DNA of 64,000 nucleotides from Stegostoma tigrinum (lineage: Eukaryota), in NCBI RefSeq assembly GCF_030684315.1, contig NC_081387.1, positions 23,182,647-23,246,646 on the forward strand, written 5' to 3'. The notes under the pieces were generated by a model. That model made no database searches. It was not told the origin of the DNA and saw only the letters and a list, made by a program, of their open reading frames with translations. Both the position numbers and the translations under genes were made by a program. How positions within the stretch are numbered: position 1 is the stretch's first letter; each line of letters begins with the position of its first letter. This document shows, one piece after another, positions 25,301-37,300 of the stretch.

Positions 25301-28300
25301 CTCTTTTTTGTATTTTTCAAACAAGTAGTTTTTTTTGGTGGAATTAGTAAGATAAAAAAGCATTTTTTTGCGTGTCCTTTAAAATATCTTCCTGGAGATT
25401 AAATCTGTTCATCTGGCGAGAATTCTGACTTTGCTATTTTGTATTTTGCCAGAGATATTCCATGTGTTTGTACCAGACTATCCCATCACAGTCTCTGTGG
25501 GTGAAGATGTTGTACTGGATTGCCAAGTAGTCCCAGATATATCTCTGGATACTCTGGAGGTTCGATGGTTTATATCAAATTCAGCTTCACAAGTTCATTT
25601 ATATACCGGTGGGCAGGACCGACCTGATGTACAAGATAAAGGTTATCAAGGGAGGACGGAACTGTTTAAAGATGAGCTTCCTCGTGGAAATGCCTCTCTG
25701 AAACTGAAGAAGATAGAAGTGTCAGACGAAGGGATTTACACATGTTTCATTAAGTCCAAAACACACCATGATCAAGCAGTGATAGCTCTGAAAGTTGCAG
25801 GTTGGTCTTTCTCATTGTAAAGTGCAAATGATCACTGAGTATAATGTAATATTCAGAATATAACATTTTTAAACCATGAATGGGAAATAATCAACTGCAT
25901 TCCATTGGAAAATGAAAACAACAAATCATTTTCTGGAATATTCGAGATGTCAGTAAATAATTCAAACCACTAGCTACAGCTCAAGCTGAAAATGATGGAA
26001 TGCATATAAAATATATGATTAGGAAGCCAAATGCAATGTTATTCCTTGTGAAGGAAAATGAACTATAAAAGTAGAGGTGATTTCTGTAATTGTACAACGT
26101 TGTTGTTGTGATTGTAATGAAGTCAGGCAGTTTGTGAGTGCCCAGATTGGGACTGTTAATCTGGTCCAATCAGGGAGCTCTAACTGACAGATAAAAACAG
26201 GAGTGCCAGAGGTTCTGTTCATTCTGGGAGCCACCTCTGAGGTAACTAGATCAGTGGCACATACTGTGCAATAGAGAGAGACTTGGTGACAGGGTACCAG
26301 CCTCTCTGGAGTTATATCAGTAGGAACAAGAGTAAAACATGTCCCTGAATAGATTTGCTCGCAGTAGTCATCTTTGAGTTGGGCTAAACATTTTTGGCAT
26401 CATGTGCTATTTGGGAAGCTGAACCTGTTTGATCCTGCTGTTGAAGACTGAACCCAGCATGTGCAAAATCAGCAGTTTTTATTTCTTGGTAAATGATACT
26501 GTGACAGGTGAAAAGCAGTGAGTAATTCTTCTGACAGTTTGTAGACCTGCAGCTTTTTCAGTTATTAGGAGCCTATCTTTCCCTGAGGCTTCAGACACTA
26601 AAATTTCTCAAGAGTTGATAGATTTATTTAAGGAATATTATGACCCCATGTCTCCTGTAACTCTGAGACACTATTGGTGTTATTTGACAGTTTGAGACTA
26701 GGAGAAACCGTGATGGGATTTTTGATGAGATTAAGGTGAGACTGGCAGAGACATATGATTTTGGTTTAGCTGTTAATGATGTCCCGAGAGGCTGTTTGAT
26801 ATGTGGGATTAATGATGTAACCATGCAAAGGTGCTGACTAGCTGAAGCCCAACTAGACTTCAAACAGGAACTACAACTGGCTTGATCATTTGAAAGTGTG
26901 ACAAGTGGAGCTTTTGAGTTACAGGATGTTCTGATGGAAGTGGACCCTCTCACCAGGCTGTCTGACTTTGGGGAACAGCACTTGAGTGAAGACAATTGCA
27001 CAGCCTCACTCAGTTCAGGGAGCTGACAGAGGGACTGTCGGTCAGACCACAGCAAAATCCAAAACAAAAGTGGGCCTTGGCCAAGCAGTTAAAATCCCGT
27101 TCAGGATCCAGGCTGGCAAGCCATTGTAGCTGCTGCCTGGTATACAGACACAAGACACCAAAAGAGACCCACGAGGCCTAAATTGAGTGAGAGAGTTTAT
27201 GGAGAGTGCAGACCCTGAAAAGTCCACCTGCATCTAGTTTGGAACAGTTAAATTGCTTTGCAACATCCAATTCCGAACCAATCAAAATAAACGTCTGGTG
27301 AAATGGTCACCCAGTTCTCATGGAGGTCCATAGCAGTTCGATTATATCAGTGTGGCTGTATCAATGATTACAGAACCAAACTTCGATAAAATTCACTCCA
27401 GACTTTAACCCTTCACTTGGTGTAAGGCCTCAGCTTGACTGAGAACCTATACTGGGGAACCTTCACGGATTAAGCTTGCCCCTTCGGTTCTGGTCTCTTT
27501 CGATAAGCATCCGGTTCAGTTAGTTACTACTGATTGCAGTAAAAGGTACTGGCTCGATGGGGAGAAATTGGTTGAGAAAGATTGACCTTGAAAAGTGCAA
27601 CATGTTTTGATTAGCAAATGGCTGTGAAGTGAAATCTGAATTAAATACTGGAAATTTTTCAGGGAGGTCTGGGGACTGTCAGAGGAGCCAAGGCCACCCT
27701 TGCATGTTGACCAGGAAGTAATTCCTTGATTCTGCAAGGCTCTCCCAGTGCCATATGCCTTACATGTAGAGGCAGAAATCTGTAGGCTGGAAAGTGAAGG
27801 TATCACTAAACCAGTACAGTTAGTGGAATGGGCAACAGAGGTTGCATTGACTGTGAGGCACCAATGGGTCAGTTCGCTTTTGTGAGGATTTCAAACAAAT
27901 TAGATTTCCTACAGTGTGGAAACAGGCCCTTCGGCCCAATAAATCCATACTGCCCCTTGCAGCATCCTACCCAGACCCATCCCCCTCTAACCCACACACC
28001 CCTGAACACGACGGGCAATTTAGCATGGCCGATCCACCTAGCCTGCACATCTTTGGACTGTGGGAGGAAACCCACATAGACACGGGGAGAATGTGCAAAG
28101 TCCACACAGACAGTTACCCGAGGCTGGAATCGAACCCGGGTCCCTGGCGTTGTGAGGCTGCAGTGCTAACCACTGAGACACCGTGCTGCCATAAATGGTA
28201 AATCACTCCTCGCAGCTGGATAAATACCCAGCCCGTCATGTCGGGGACTTACATGTAGAGCTGCTGGGGTGGTGGTACTTCACATAGCTGGACTTGAGCC

Positions 28301-31300
28301 ATATGTACCTGCAATTCAGGTTAGATGAGGATTCGCAGAAGTCAGCTACATAAGGTTGGTACCAATATACGACGCTGCCGTTTGAGGTACCATCAGCCTG
28401 TGTCATATTTCAGTGGAAAACAGAGAACATTTTACAAAGTCTACTCCACGTTGCTATTTATCTGGATGATGTGTTAATAACCAGGAAGAGCAGTAAAGAA
28501 CACTTGGAGAACTTGGACATGGTTCTCAGATGTTTCTCCAGGGCAGGCGTACATCAGAGAGGGGAAAAATCTGTGTTGCAGATGCGCCCAAGTGATCTAC
28601 TTGGGAGACAGGGTCAACAAGACTGGGTTATATCCGGTTGGAAGATAAAGCAAGGGCGATCAAAGGTGCCCCAACTCCCAGTGTATGTCGGAGCTTTGGT
28701 CTTTCCTTGGGTTGGTGAATTATTACGGGAAGTTCAGACATAACCTGGCCTCCATCTTGTCACCCTTACGTCAGCTCTTGTAGAAGGATCACCTGAGGGA
28801 ATGGTTGCACAGACAAGCTGTAGCCTTTAGGGAAGTGAAGAAGCAGTGAAGATTTTGGCTCACTACAATCCCAAGCGAGATCTTGTATTGACATGGAATG
28901 CCTTCATACACAGCACTGGGGTCGTGTGGGCCCACCAGTGGCCTGATGGATAGTGCCTGCTTCCTGGACCTTGGCAGATGCCGAATGCAATTATGTCCAG
29001 ATAGAGAAGAGGAGGTTTGGTGATCATTATCAGAGTGAGAAAGTTCCAACTGATGTAAATTTGTGACAGGAACGGACCACAAACCCCTGCGCAGTCCACC
29101 TAAGTAGGACCAGACTGAGTCGCCAATAGCTTCTGGTCAAATTCAGCAGTGGGCCCTTTTCTCAGTGCATACTATTTCAAATTGCAACACTGTCCAAGAG
29201 GCCAAGTGGCAAATCTGGATACTGTGAGCTGTCTCCTACTGGCAAATACACCACCAGTGGTGCTGTTACTGGAAGAGTCCATACTGGTTTTGAACTTCCT
29301 GGGCACCTTTCTGGCCAACACTGACAACGTGACATTATGGATGCAAAAGGATTCTGTCTGGGCGAAACTAGAACCAGCCAGTAGTGATGGGGGAAACGAA
29401 AGGGCCATCACAACCAGAATCGAAACCTTTCTGTACCTGGCAAGACCAAATCACCATAGAAGGCGGTGCATTTTTATGAGGAGCCAGAGTGATTGTCCCG
29501 AGTAAAGGTCACCCCCAGATACTGGCTGACCTCCACGAGGGTCATCAAGGGGTTTCAAAAAACAAGATGGTTGGCAAGAAGTTATGATTGGTGGCCAGGA
29601 TTGGATGCAGACAAAGCCGCATTCCTGGGACAATGCCCTCAGTGCTAACAAGGACAGAAGTTACCACCAGCAGCTTCCCCATGTTTTTGGGAATGGCTGG
29701 GTAAATGCTGACTTTGGTTACACATTGATTATGCTGCTCGTTTCATGGGCCCCATGCTCCTTGTCATTGTGGATGCCTATTCAAAGTGGTTGACGTGCAG
29801 AGAGTTCATTTGTCAAACGTGGGATAACAGATAGAGGTAGAGAAGCTGTAAGCATCTTTTGCAGTGCATAGACTCCCAGAAGTGTTGGTCACAGACAAAG
29901 GGCCATCATTTACCAGCTTGGAATTCAGGTATTTCTGAAAGGCAAATGACATTTCACTCCATACCATCCATTGTCCATGGTCTGTCAGAAAGAGAAGCCC
30001 AAACTTTGAAGGGCAGCTCAAAGAAGCAACCTACAGTATCATTCGAGACCAAACTGTTGTGGTTCCTATTTGATGATAGGACTGCCCCTTATGCAACTGC
30101 AGGGGTAGCTCTGGTTAAGTTGCTAATGCGAAGAAAACACCACATCAGGTTAAATCTGATTTTTCCCAGAGCCTGAGATGGACATGCTGGGTATTGAAGC
30201 CTCAATGCCGTTATTGCCTGAAGAACAGAATGAATTTCTTCTGAGATGTTCCGGGCACCAGAGGTGGGCTGTTTTCTGTCACGCACTACCTGCGTCCGAG
30301 GCAGAGTCCGGGGAAGCAGACCTGGAGGAAAAATGCCCCAGGAGAAGCTACAAGAAAGAGAACAGGTCTACATCCCTGGACTTAGAGGGGGAGGGATAGA
30401 GTGATTGTAACAAGGTCAGCCAGGTGACCCTCATAGAAAGGCTGACACTTTGGGCCTAGACCCCTCCAGGCCCGAAACGTCAGCCTTCCTGCTCCTCTGA
30501 TGCTGCTTGGCCTGCTGTGTTCATCCAGCCCTACACCTTGTTATCTCAGATTCTGCAGCATCTGCAGTTCCTACTATCTCTGAACCTCACAGAATGAGTT
30601 CCCTGAGTGGAGCTGTTAATCTGGCCCAATCAGGATCCCTCATTGACAGATCGAAACTGGAGTGTCAGAGGTTCTGCTCACTCTGGGAGCCGACACTGAG
30701 GAAGTGCCAAATACTATGCATGTGTAAATGAAGGGTGACTGGTGACTGAGTTATTTCAGTTGTGAGACCACATCTGCGTAATGTATACACTTCGGCCCAC
30801 TGCTGAATTTGACCAGAAGCTATTGGCAACTCAGTCTGGTCCTACTTAGGTAGACCATGCAGGGGCTTGTGGTCAGTTACTGTCACAAATTTACATCAGT
30901 TGGAACTTTCTCACTCTGATAATGATCACCAAACCTTTCCTAATTGAGTTAGATGCAGCTCAGAGAAGAGATTATCTTCTGAGGAAAGGGTGGACAAGTT
31001 GGACCTGTCAGAGTTTGAACGAGCGGTAGGTGATCCTATTAAATTAAAAGATCTTGTGGGGACAACAGGGTTGGTCCTGAAACTCTGTTTTCTCTTTATG
31101 AGTGGGATTAGAACTGGGGGGCACCACAGAGTGTCATTAGTCTGTGGAATTATCTTCCTCGGAATGTCATGTAGATAGGTTCAGTGCATATTTGTACACT
31201 GAGTTAGTTCTTAATTAATAAAACAGTCAAAATATCAAGGACAGTACATCAGAAAGTGGGCTTCAGACTTACGATCCTCACCAAGTACATTGATATCATG

Positions 31301-34300
31301 GAGAACAAGAAGGAGAACAAGCACTGCTTCAGGATTTGAACCAGTAAATAATGCGACAAGGTGATATTGAAGATTCATTGTTGAAATTTATTGCGGAAGG
31401 AGTCCATTCAGTCCCTTGAGTCCACTCCATCCCTGTAACCCTGCATTTCCCATGGCTAAAGCACCTATCCTGCACAGAACACCTGGAGGAAACCCTTGCA
31501 GACATAGGGAGAATGTGTAAACTCCATACACAGTCACCTGAGGATGGAATTGAACTTAGGTCTCTGGCATTGTAAGCTAGCAGTGTTGACTATTGTGCCA
31601 CCGTGCTGACCAAACTGCTTGATAAGGAAGCAACCCTTCGCTGTCCCTGCTGTATTGCTGTTTGGGGAAGCTGGGCTCGCTGGGGTTGCCATACCTATAC
31701 TGGGCAGCTGAAACATTGTTGTGTCTGTGATAAATCCAGTCATGGTGCAGCTAACTACTGCATCACATGGACGTTCTGCAGGTCAGAAGGCCATCAACCA
31801 AAGGACTGCAGCCTGTATATTGGCCACTTCTCCAAGACCTGCCTAAAACACTGCGTCTGTTTTGCACAAGTCGCAAGAGAAAAGGAATATAGATACAAGG
31901 GCTCCTAGAGGCTGACAGCAGGGAATCTCTGTGTGCATCAGTCATCTCTCAGTAAAGCCCAGCTCCAGGAGCAGGGAATCCCTCAGTAAAGCCCATCTCC
32001 GGGAGCAGGGAATCCCTCAGTAAATCCCAGCTGCAGGATCAGGGAATCCTTCAGTAAACCCCAGCTCTGGGATGAGGGTATTTCTCAGTAAACCCAGCTC
32101 TGGGATTAGGGAATCTCTCAGTAAACCCCAGCGCCGGGAGCCGGGAATCTCTCAATAAACCCAGCTCCAGGATTAGGGAATCTCTCAGTAAACCTCAGCT
32201 CCAGGAACAGGGACTCTCTCAGTAAATCCCAGCTCCGGGATTAGAGAATCTCTCAGTAAACCCCAGCTCTGGGAGCAGGGAATCTCTTGATACATAATAA
32301 TCCATCCAGCAGAACAGTGCTATCTGTGTATCCTAGGAGGAATTAGAGACGGGTTGTGGAAAAATACAAGAGGAAGCTGTCGAAAGATGGTCAGTGGTGA
32401 GGAGAGTTTCCGGAAAGAGCTTAGCAATACTGGGGGATGATGTTTTTGGCGTTTGGCTGTGTGATCATGGATTGTAGCTGAATGGCACATCCTCTGCCTA
32501 TCGGAGGCGATTCCACTACACACCCTTTGGGCTGTGTTTCTGGATGTGTTTGATATTATCAGAAATGGAACTGAAAACAATAACATCACAGCGGCAGATG
32601 TTGATGAAGGGATTCAGTGAAGTTGAGATGAAGGAGTCGAGAAAGATTGAGAATAGGATAAAGGATCTGATTCAGATTCATTGTTATCCTTCTGGCTGAG
32701 AAACAGGGGACAGGCCTGGTGGTGTTGACATTGGCCATTTTAACATTATCACCAACAGTTAAATTATTCACACAGGCAAGGCAAGGATAGTTCTATATTA
32801 ATGCACAGAACAGTACAGTGCAGGAACAGACCCTTCGGCCCACTATGTCTGTGCTGACCATAATGCCACTCTAAACTAATCGTATCTGCCTGCACGTGGT
32901 CCATTTCCCTCTACTCCCTGCTTGTCCATGTGTCTGTCTGAACCCCTCCAAAAAGTTGCTATTTTGTCTAAGCATCTGCTTCTATCACCTCCCCTGGCAG
33001 CACAGTAACCTCCCACCCTCTTTGTAACAAATATGCCTCACACATCTCCTTTAAACTTTCCCCCTTCACCCTGAAGCTATGTCCCCTAGCATTTGACATT
33101 TCCAACCTGGGAAAATGACTCCAACTACCCACTTTATCCATGCCTCTCATAGTTTATCTACTTCTATCAGGTCTCCCGTCAGTTCTGATGCTCTACTGAA
33201 AATATTCCAAGTTTGTCCAACGTCTGTTTATTGCTAATACACACCAATCCAAGCAAAATGCTGGAAAACATTTTTTGCATCCTGTTCAAAAACACATCCT
33301 TCCTAACGTAGGACAACCAGAACTGCCCATTATACAACTGAGTTTCATGAGTGTTAGGACATTGTTGTTCTGTGTAGAAATCTAGGCTGTAAACTCATCT
33401 GCCTTACCTGTTAAACTGCTTGCATTAACATTAATACTATTAAGATCACCAGTCCCGCTGTGTTCATTAACCTGATCCTGCCTGCTCTTCCAATGAGACT
33501 GATGACTTAACCTCTACCTCTTCCGCAATCACTCCACATGGTGACCTACTGCCCACCCTCTGCCCCTCACCCCGCCACACTGGACTGAAATGACTACGTA
33601 CTGTTGAAATTAAACATTTAATAATTTAAAATGAATATAAGTTTGAATAAGTGACTTTATGCTAATTGCAGAGTTTGGACAGCGGCCTTGGGTTGATGTG
33701 GAGGAGAACAACAAAGGACTTTGTGTTGTGTGTCGATCAGACGGATGGTATCCTGAGCCACTGATACAGTGGGTAGATGGGAAAGGAGATGCGACAGTAC
33801 AGTCTGAAACAGAATTCATTCAGGACCCCACAGGCCTCATCACTGTCCAGAGTCGTATTAATGTCCAAAGTGATTCTGTGAACAAGTTTTCATGTTTCAT
33901 AGAAAACCAGTTATTGAGCAAAAGACGAGAGGCCCATCTCCAGATATCAGGTAGGTGTGTGTTTGGTAATCATTTGATGGGCGATATTTCTCCCCCCCCC
34001 CCCCCCTCCCCACCCCTGAAGACACTAACTCAGACTGGGTGTGAATCCACGAGCACTGATTTGTCTCTGGACAATACCAAGAGGCAGCTTTTCATATTTG
34101 AAGCTGAAACATTGAGAAGTGAGTAGACTATCCACAGCACAGCTTCAGCTGGGCCTGATGTGTACTTACCCAATGTCCACATTTCATATTCCAGCTGTGG
34201 TCACTGGATAGAGATTAGGACCAAGGACACTAAGTACTGTGCTTTTGGCTGACTGTTATTAAGAGAGACAAATGTTTATTCATAACAGCACCTGAAATCC

Positions 34301-37300
34301 AAATGAATCTCAAGTTCTTTCAACAAAAATTCTTAATAGCAATGGTATTATTTACTTGTATGTCTTGGGAAGGAATCAGTAGCTGAGATTATTCCTGAAG
34401 GTTGATGAAATTATGATACTTTGAAGAAAATCCCAAATATTTGTTTCATAGGTTTGTGTCTTGCAGATCAAATACTGATTCTGTTCTTTTTAATCTTAGA
34501 TGAGTTCTTCCCCAGAGTCAATGCTTGGCTTGTATGTTTCTTGGTGTTTCTTGGCCTTGTGATTGCGGCTATTACTATTGATGTAATAGTCCACAGAAAA
34601 GAAGATGAAAAGATTAAAGGTAGGAGCAAAATAGACATTTAAAGCTTGACATTTGTGGACGTACATTAAGGTTGAAATGAATTATAATTGTAACAGTTTC
34701 TGAATTATCTGAAAATTATTCTGAAATGGAAAGAATGTAATATGAATGTGAAATTTTAATTTTTTTTAGCTTTCAGGATAATCCCTTGCTTAGCATGCTG
34801 CTTCTCTGCAAAGGAAGAAAAGTTATGTTAACTATCTCTGAGACAGAATAAGCCCTTTATTAAAGTTTCATTTTGGGACATGAGACTAAATGGTTAGACC
34901 AGCATTTATTGCCCATCTCTAGTTGCAGTTGAGAAGGTGGTGTTGAGATGTTTTCATGGTCCGCTGCACTCTGTGTAATATGGGTACATTCACAGTGTTT
35001 TATTTCTGTCACAGTGTGATATAACTGAGTGGCTTCCCAGGCCATCTCAGAAGGCAGTTCAAAGTCAAACACTTTATTATGGGCCTGTCTGACCAATTTC
35101 CTTTCCTGAAGGATATTAGTGGAACAGTCAGTAACTTCATTCCCTCCACTATCTAAACTCAAATTGTGATTCAATCAGTGGTTGACCCCTTCAAACAAAT
35201 TCGCTCTGAGGATGGAGTCAGTCAGGGATGGAGTGAGAAATCTGCAGGATGTGTGTGTGTGAACTTGCTGAGCAGTGAATTGGGGAGCAAGGCATGTAGG
35301 ATTGTGCGATGTACTCTGTAAATAAATGTTATTGGTTGTAATAAATTGGGACAGCAACTCAAAATTGTCAGAAAAGTCAGATAGGTACAGCCTCCAAAGA
35401 ACATGATACTTTTTGGAAAATTAATGCCGTTCAGTACAGCTACAGAAGATAGATAGGGTACGATATGTAGAAAGGTTAAGACTGTTTTACCATGTGAATG
35501 AAATGGCGCAGTAGGTGAAAGAAAGTGATTTTGTTAACTGCATATTGGGCACAGATTCCAGTCCGATTCGAAACTTAACATCCCTGAAAGTCCCTGATAT
35601 CGAAATATTTTCAAAGATTGTAGGCCTTACTCAAAGGACACTGTCACCCTAAGCCCCCAATGTGAATTTAGAACATTACCACTTTAATTCATGGGAGAGC
35701 CCCTCATGGTAAGAATCAAGGAGATTATGGAGCATTGTGATTTTGGACCAACTTTAAATAGGAGATTGCCATGCAATCATCCAAAAGAAGCTTAGTAAAA
35801 ATTGTAAATGGATTTTAGAAGGTTGCTGGAGATTAGTTTAGGCATGGAGAGTGTGGAGAAGGGCGAGCAGGAGATACAAAGTGCTTTGAGAAGCACAGCC
35901 CACCAGTTCGGATGGGAAACTGCAAGCAACAGTGGTGGTGTCCGGAGTGAAGGTGCTGGTGAAAGCAGGGAATGGATCCAGGAACCGGAATAGCCAGAGT
36001 GTACAGAAGGTTAAACCAACAGCCTTGGACAGGCCCTGAGGGTGCAGAGTGTTTCCAGTGTGGGGGAGGCCAACCTCCATAGCAGTGTTTTCAAGAAGGA
36101 GCTCACCTTCTGATGTTGAAGAGCACTGGGACCAGGCTGACGACATGTGTAGGTTGGGGGTGAGCAGTGGCTGGTGGGCATTTACATGAATAGGCTCAAC
36201 AGTGGCTCCAGTGAGGTACTGTCAGCAATGCCCTCAGCCCAGTGTCTGGTCAGGGCCCATGTTTAATGTGGTGTGATTAGCTCCAAGAGATCAAATTAAA
36301 TTAACCAGAGACTTTTAGCATCAGAGAGGGTGAAGGGGGTCACACAATCCAGAAGCTATCCCTAGGTTTTTCAGAGTTAGGCCTGTGCTCTGTGTGTTAT
36401 TGGAGAAGTTGGAGATGGAGTTGGAGAGAATGAAAAGACCTTGGCATCATTCACCCTGTGTGATTTTCTGAATGGGCAGCACCCATTGTGCCAGGAGTGT
36501 AACTGGATAAGTTCATTCCCATCTGTGGGGATCACAAGCTGGTGGCTATGATGTGGCTGGATAAGCATCTCGTTTCCAACAGGAAGATCGATATGGGAAC
36601 GCAGCTGGGGCGGGGGGTGGGGGTGGTCAGACATTCTCAGAGTTGGACATGACTCATGCCGAGCAGCAGCTGGAGCTGTCAGAGCCTCACGGGAATATGT
36701 GACTATTAACACCCACAAGGAGTTGTATCAATTTACTCACTTGTACTGTCTTCCAAAGAACCACGGAGAGCTTACTGCAAGACTTGCCAGTTATTGTTGT
36801 GTCTTGGATAATGTATCAACTAACCTCTTGTAAAAGAGCATTTGTTGATTTTGGGAGAAATATGAAGGAGTTCCCAGGAAGCAGGAGTGGACCTTAATAG
36901 AGAAGCACCTTCCAGGTTAATGAGGTGGTTTGCTTGGGTTATCAGGTGGATGCACAGGGTTTGCACCCCCATGGAGGACAAGGTGAGAACAATCAGGGAG
37001 ACACTGGCCCCTCGGAATATCTCTGAACTCAAAACCTTTCTAGGAATGGTTAAGTCCTGTGGGTGATTCCTCCCAAGCCTTTCCACAATGTTAGCGCCAC
37101 GACAAAAATAACGAAAGAAACAACAGGGCCTGGGTCGGACCACAAACTGAGGCTTTTAAACAGGTCCAGAAGGTGCTTCAATTATTGTGTTTCCTGGTTT
37201 GCTTCAACCAGCAAGATATTACTGACATCCTCATATGGTGTTGGGGCAGTTTTATCCCACACAATGGATAATGGGGCAGATAGACCTGTGGGAAATGCAG

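Larger units (their letters stand above)
26109..30758 (+). mobile_element. Full-length decayed Ty3/Gypsy LTR retrotransposon in the IgV-IgC intron (5'LTR 26109-26319, 3'LTR 30402-30758)
   Basis: Homologous TG...CA LTRs, 4-bp TSD gttg (26105-26108/30759-30762), PPT agagggggaggg before the 3'LTR, RT YLDDVLIT at ~28460, integrase remnants; many stops and frameshifts. Confidence 0.88.

Noticed and set aside
27900-28190. tRNA genes
   Set aside because: A/B boxes belong to SINE heads followed by LINE-derived tails; no full cloverleaf
31943-32287. CRISPR-like array of ~32-bp repeats
   Set aside because: Units are head-to-tail without unique spacers, there are no cas genes, and the context is vertebrate; it is a minisatellite
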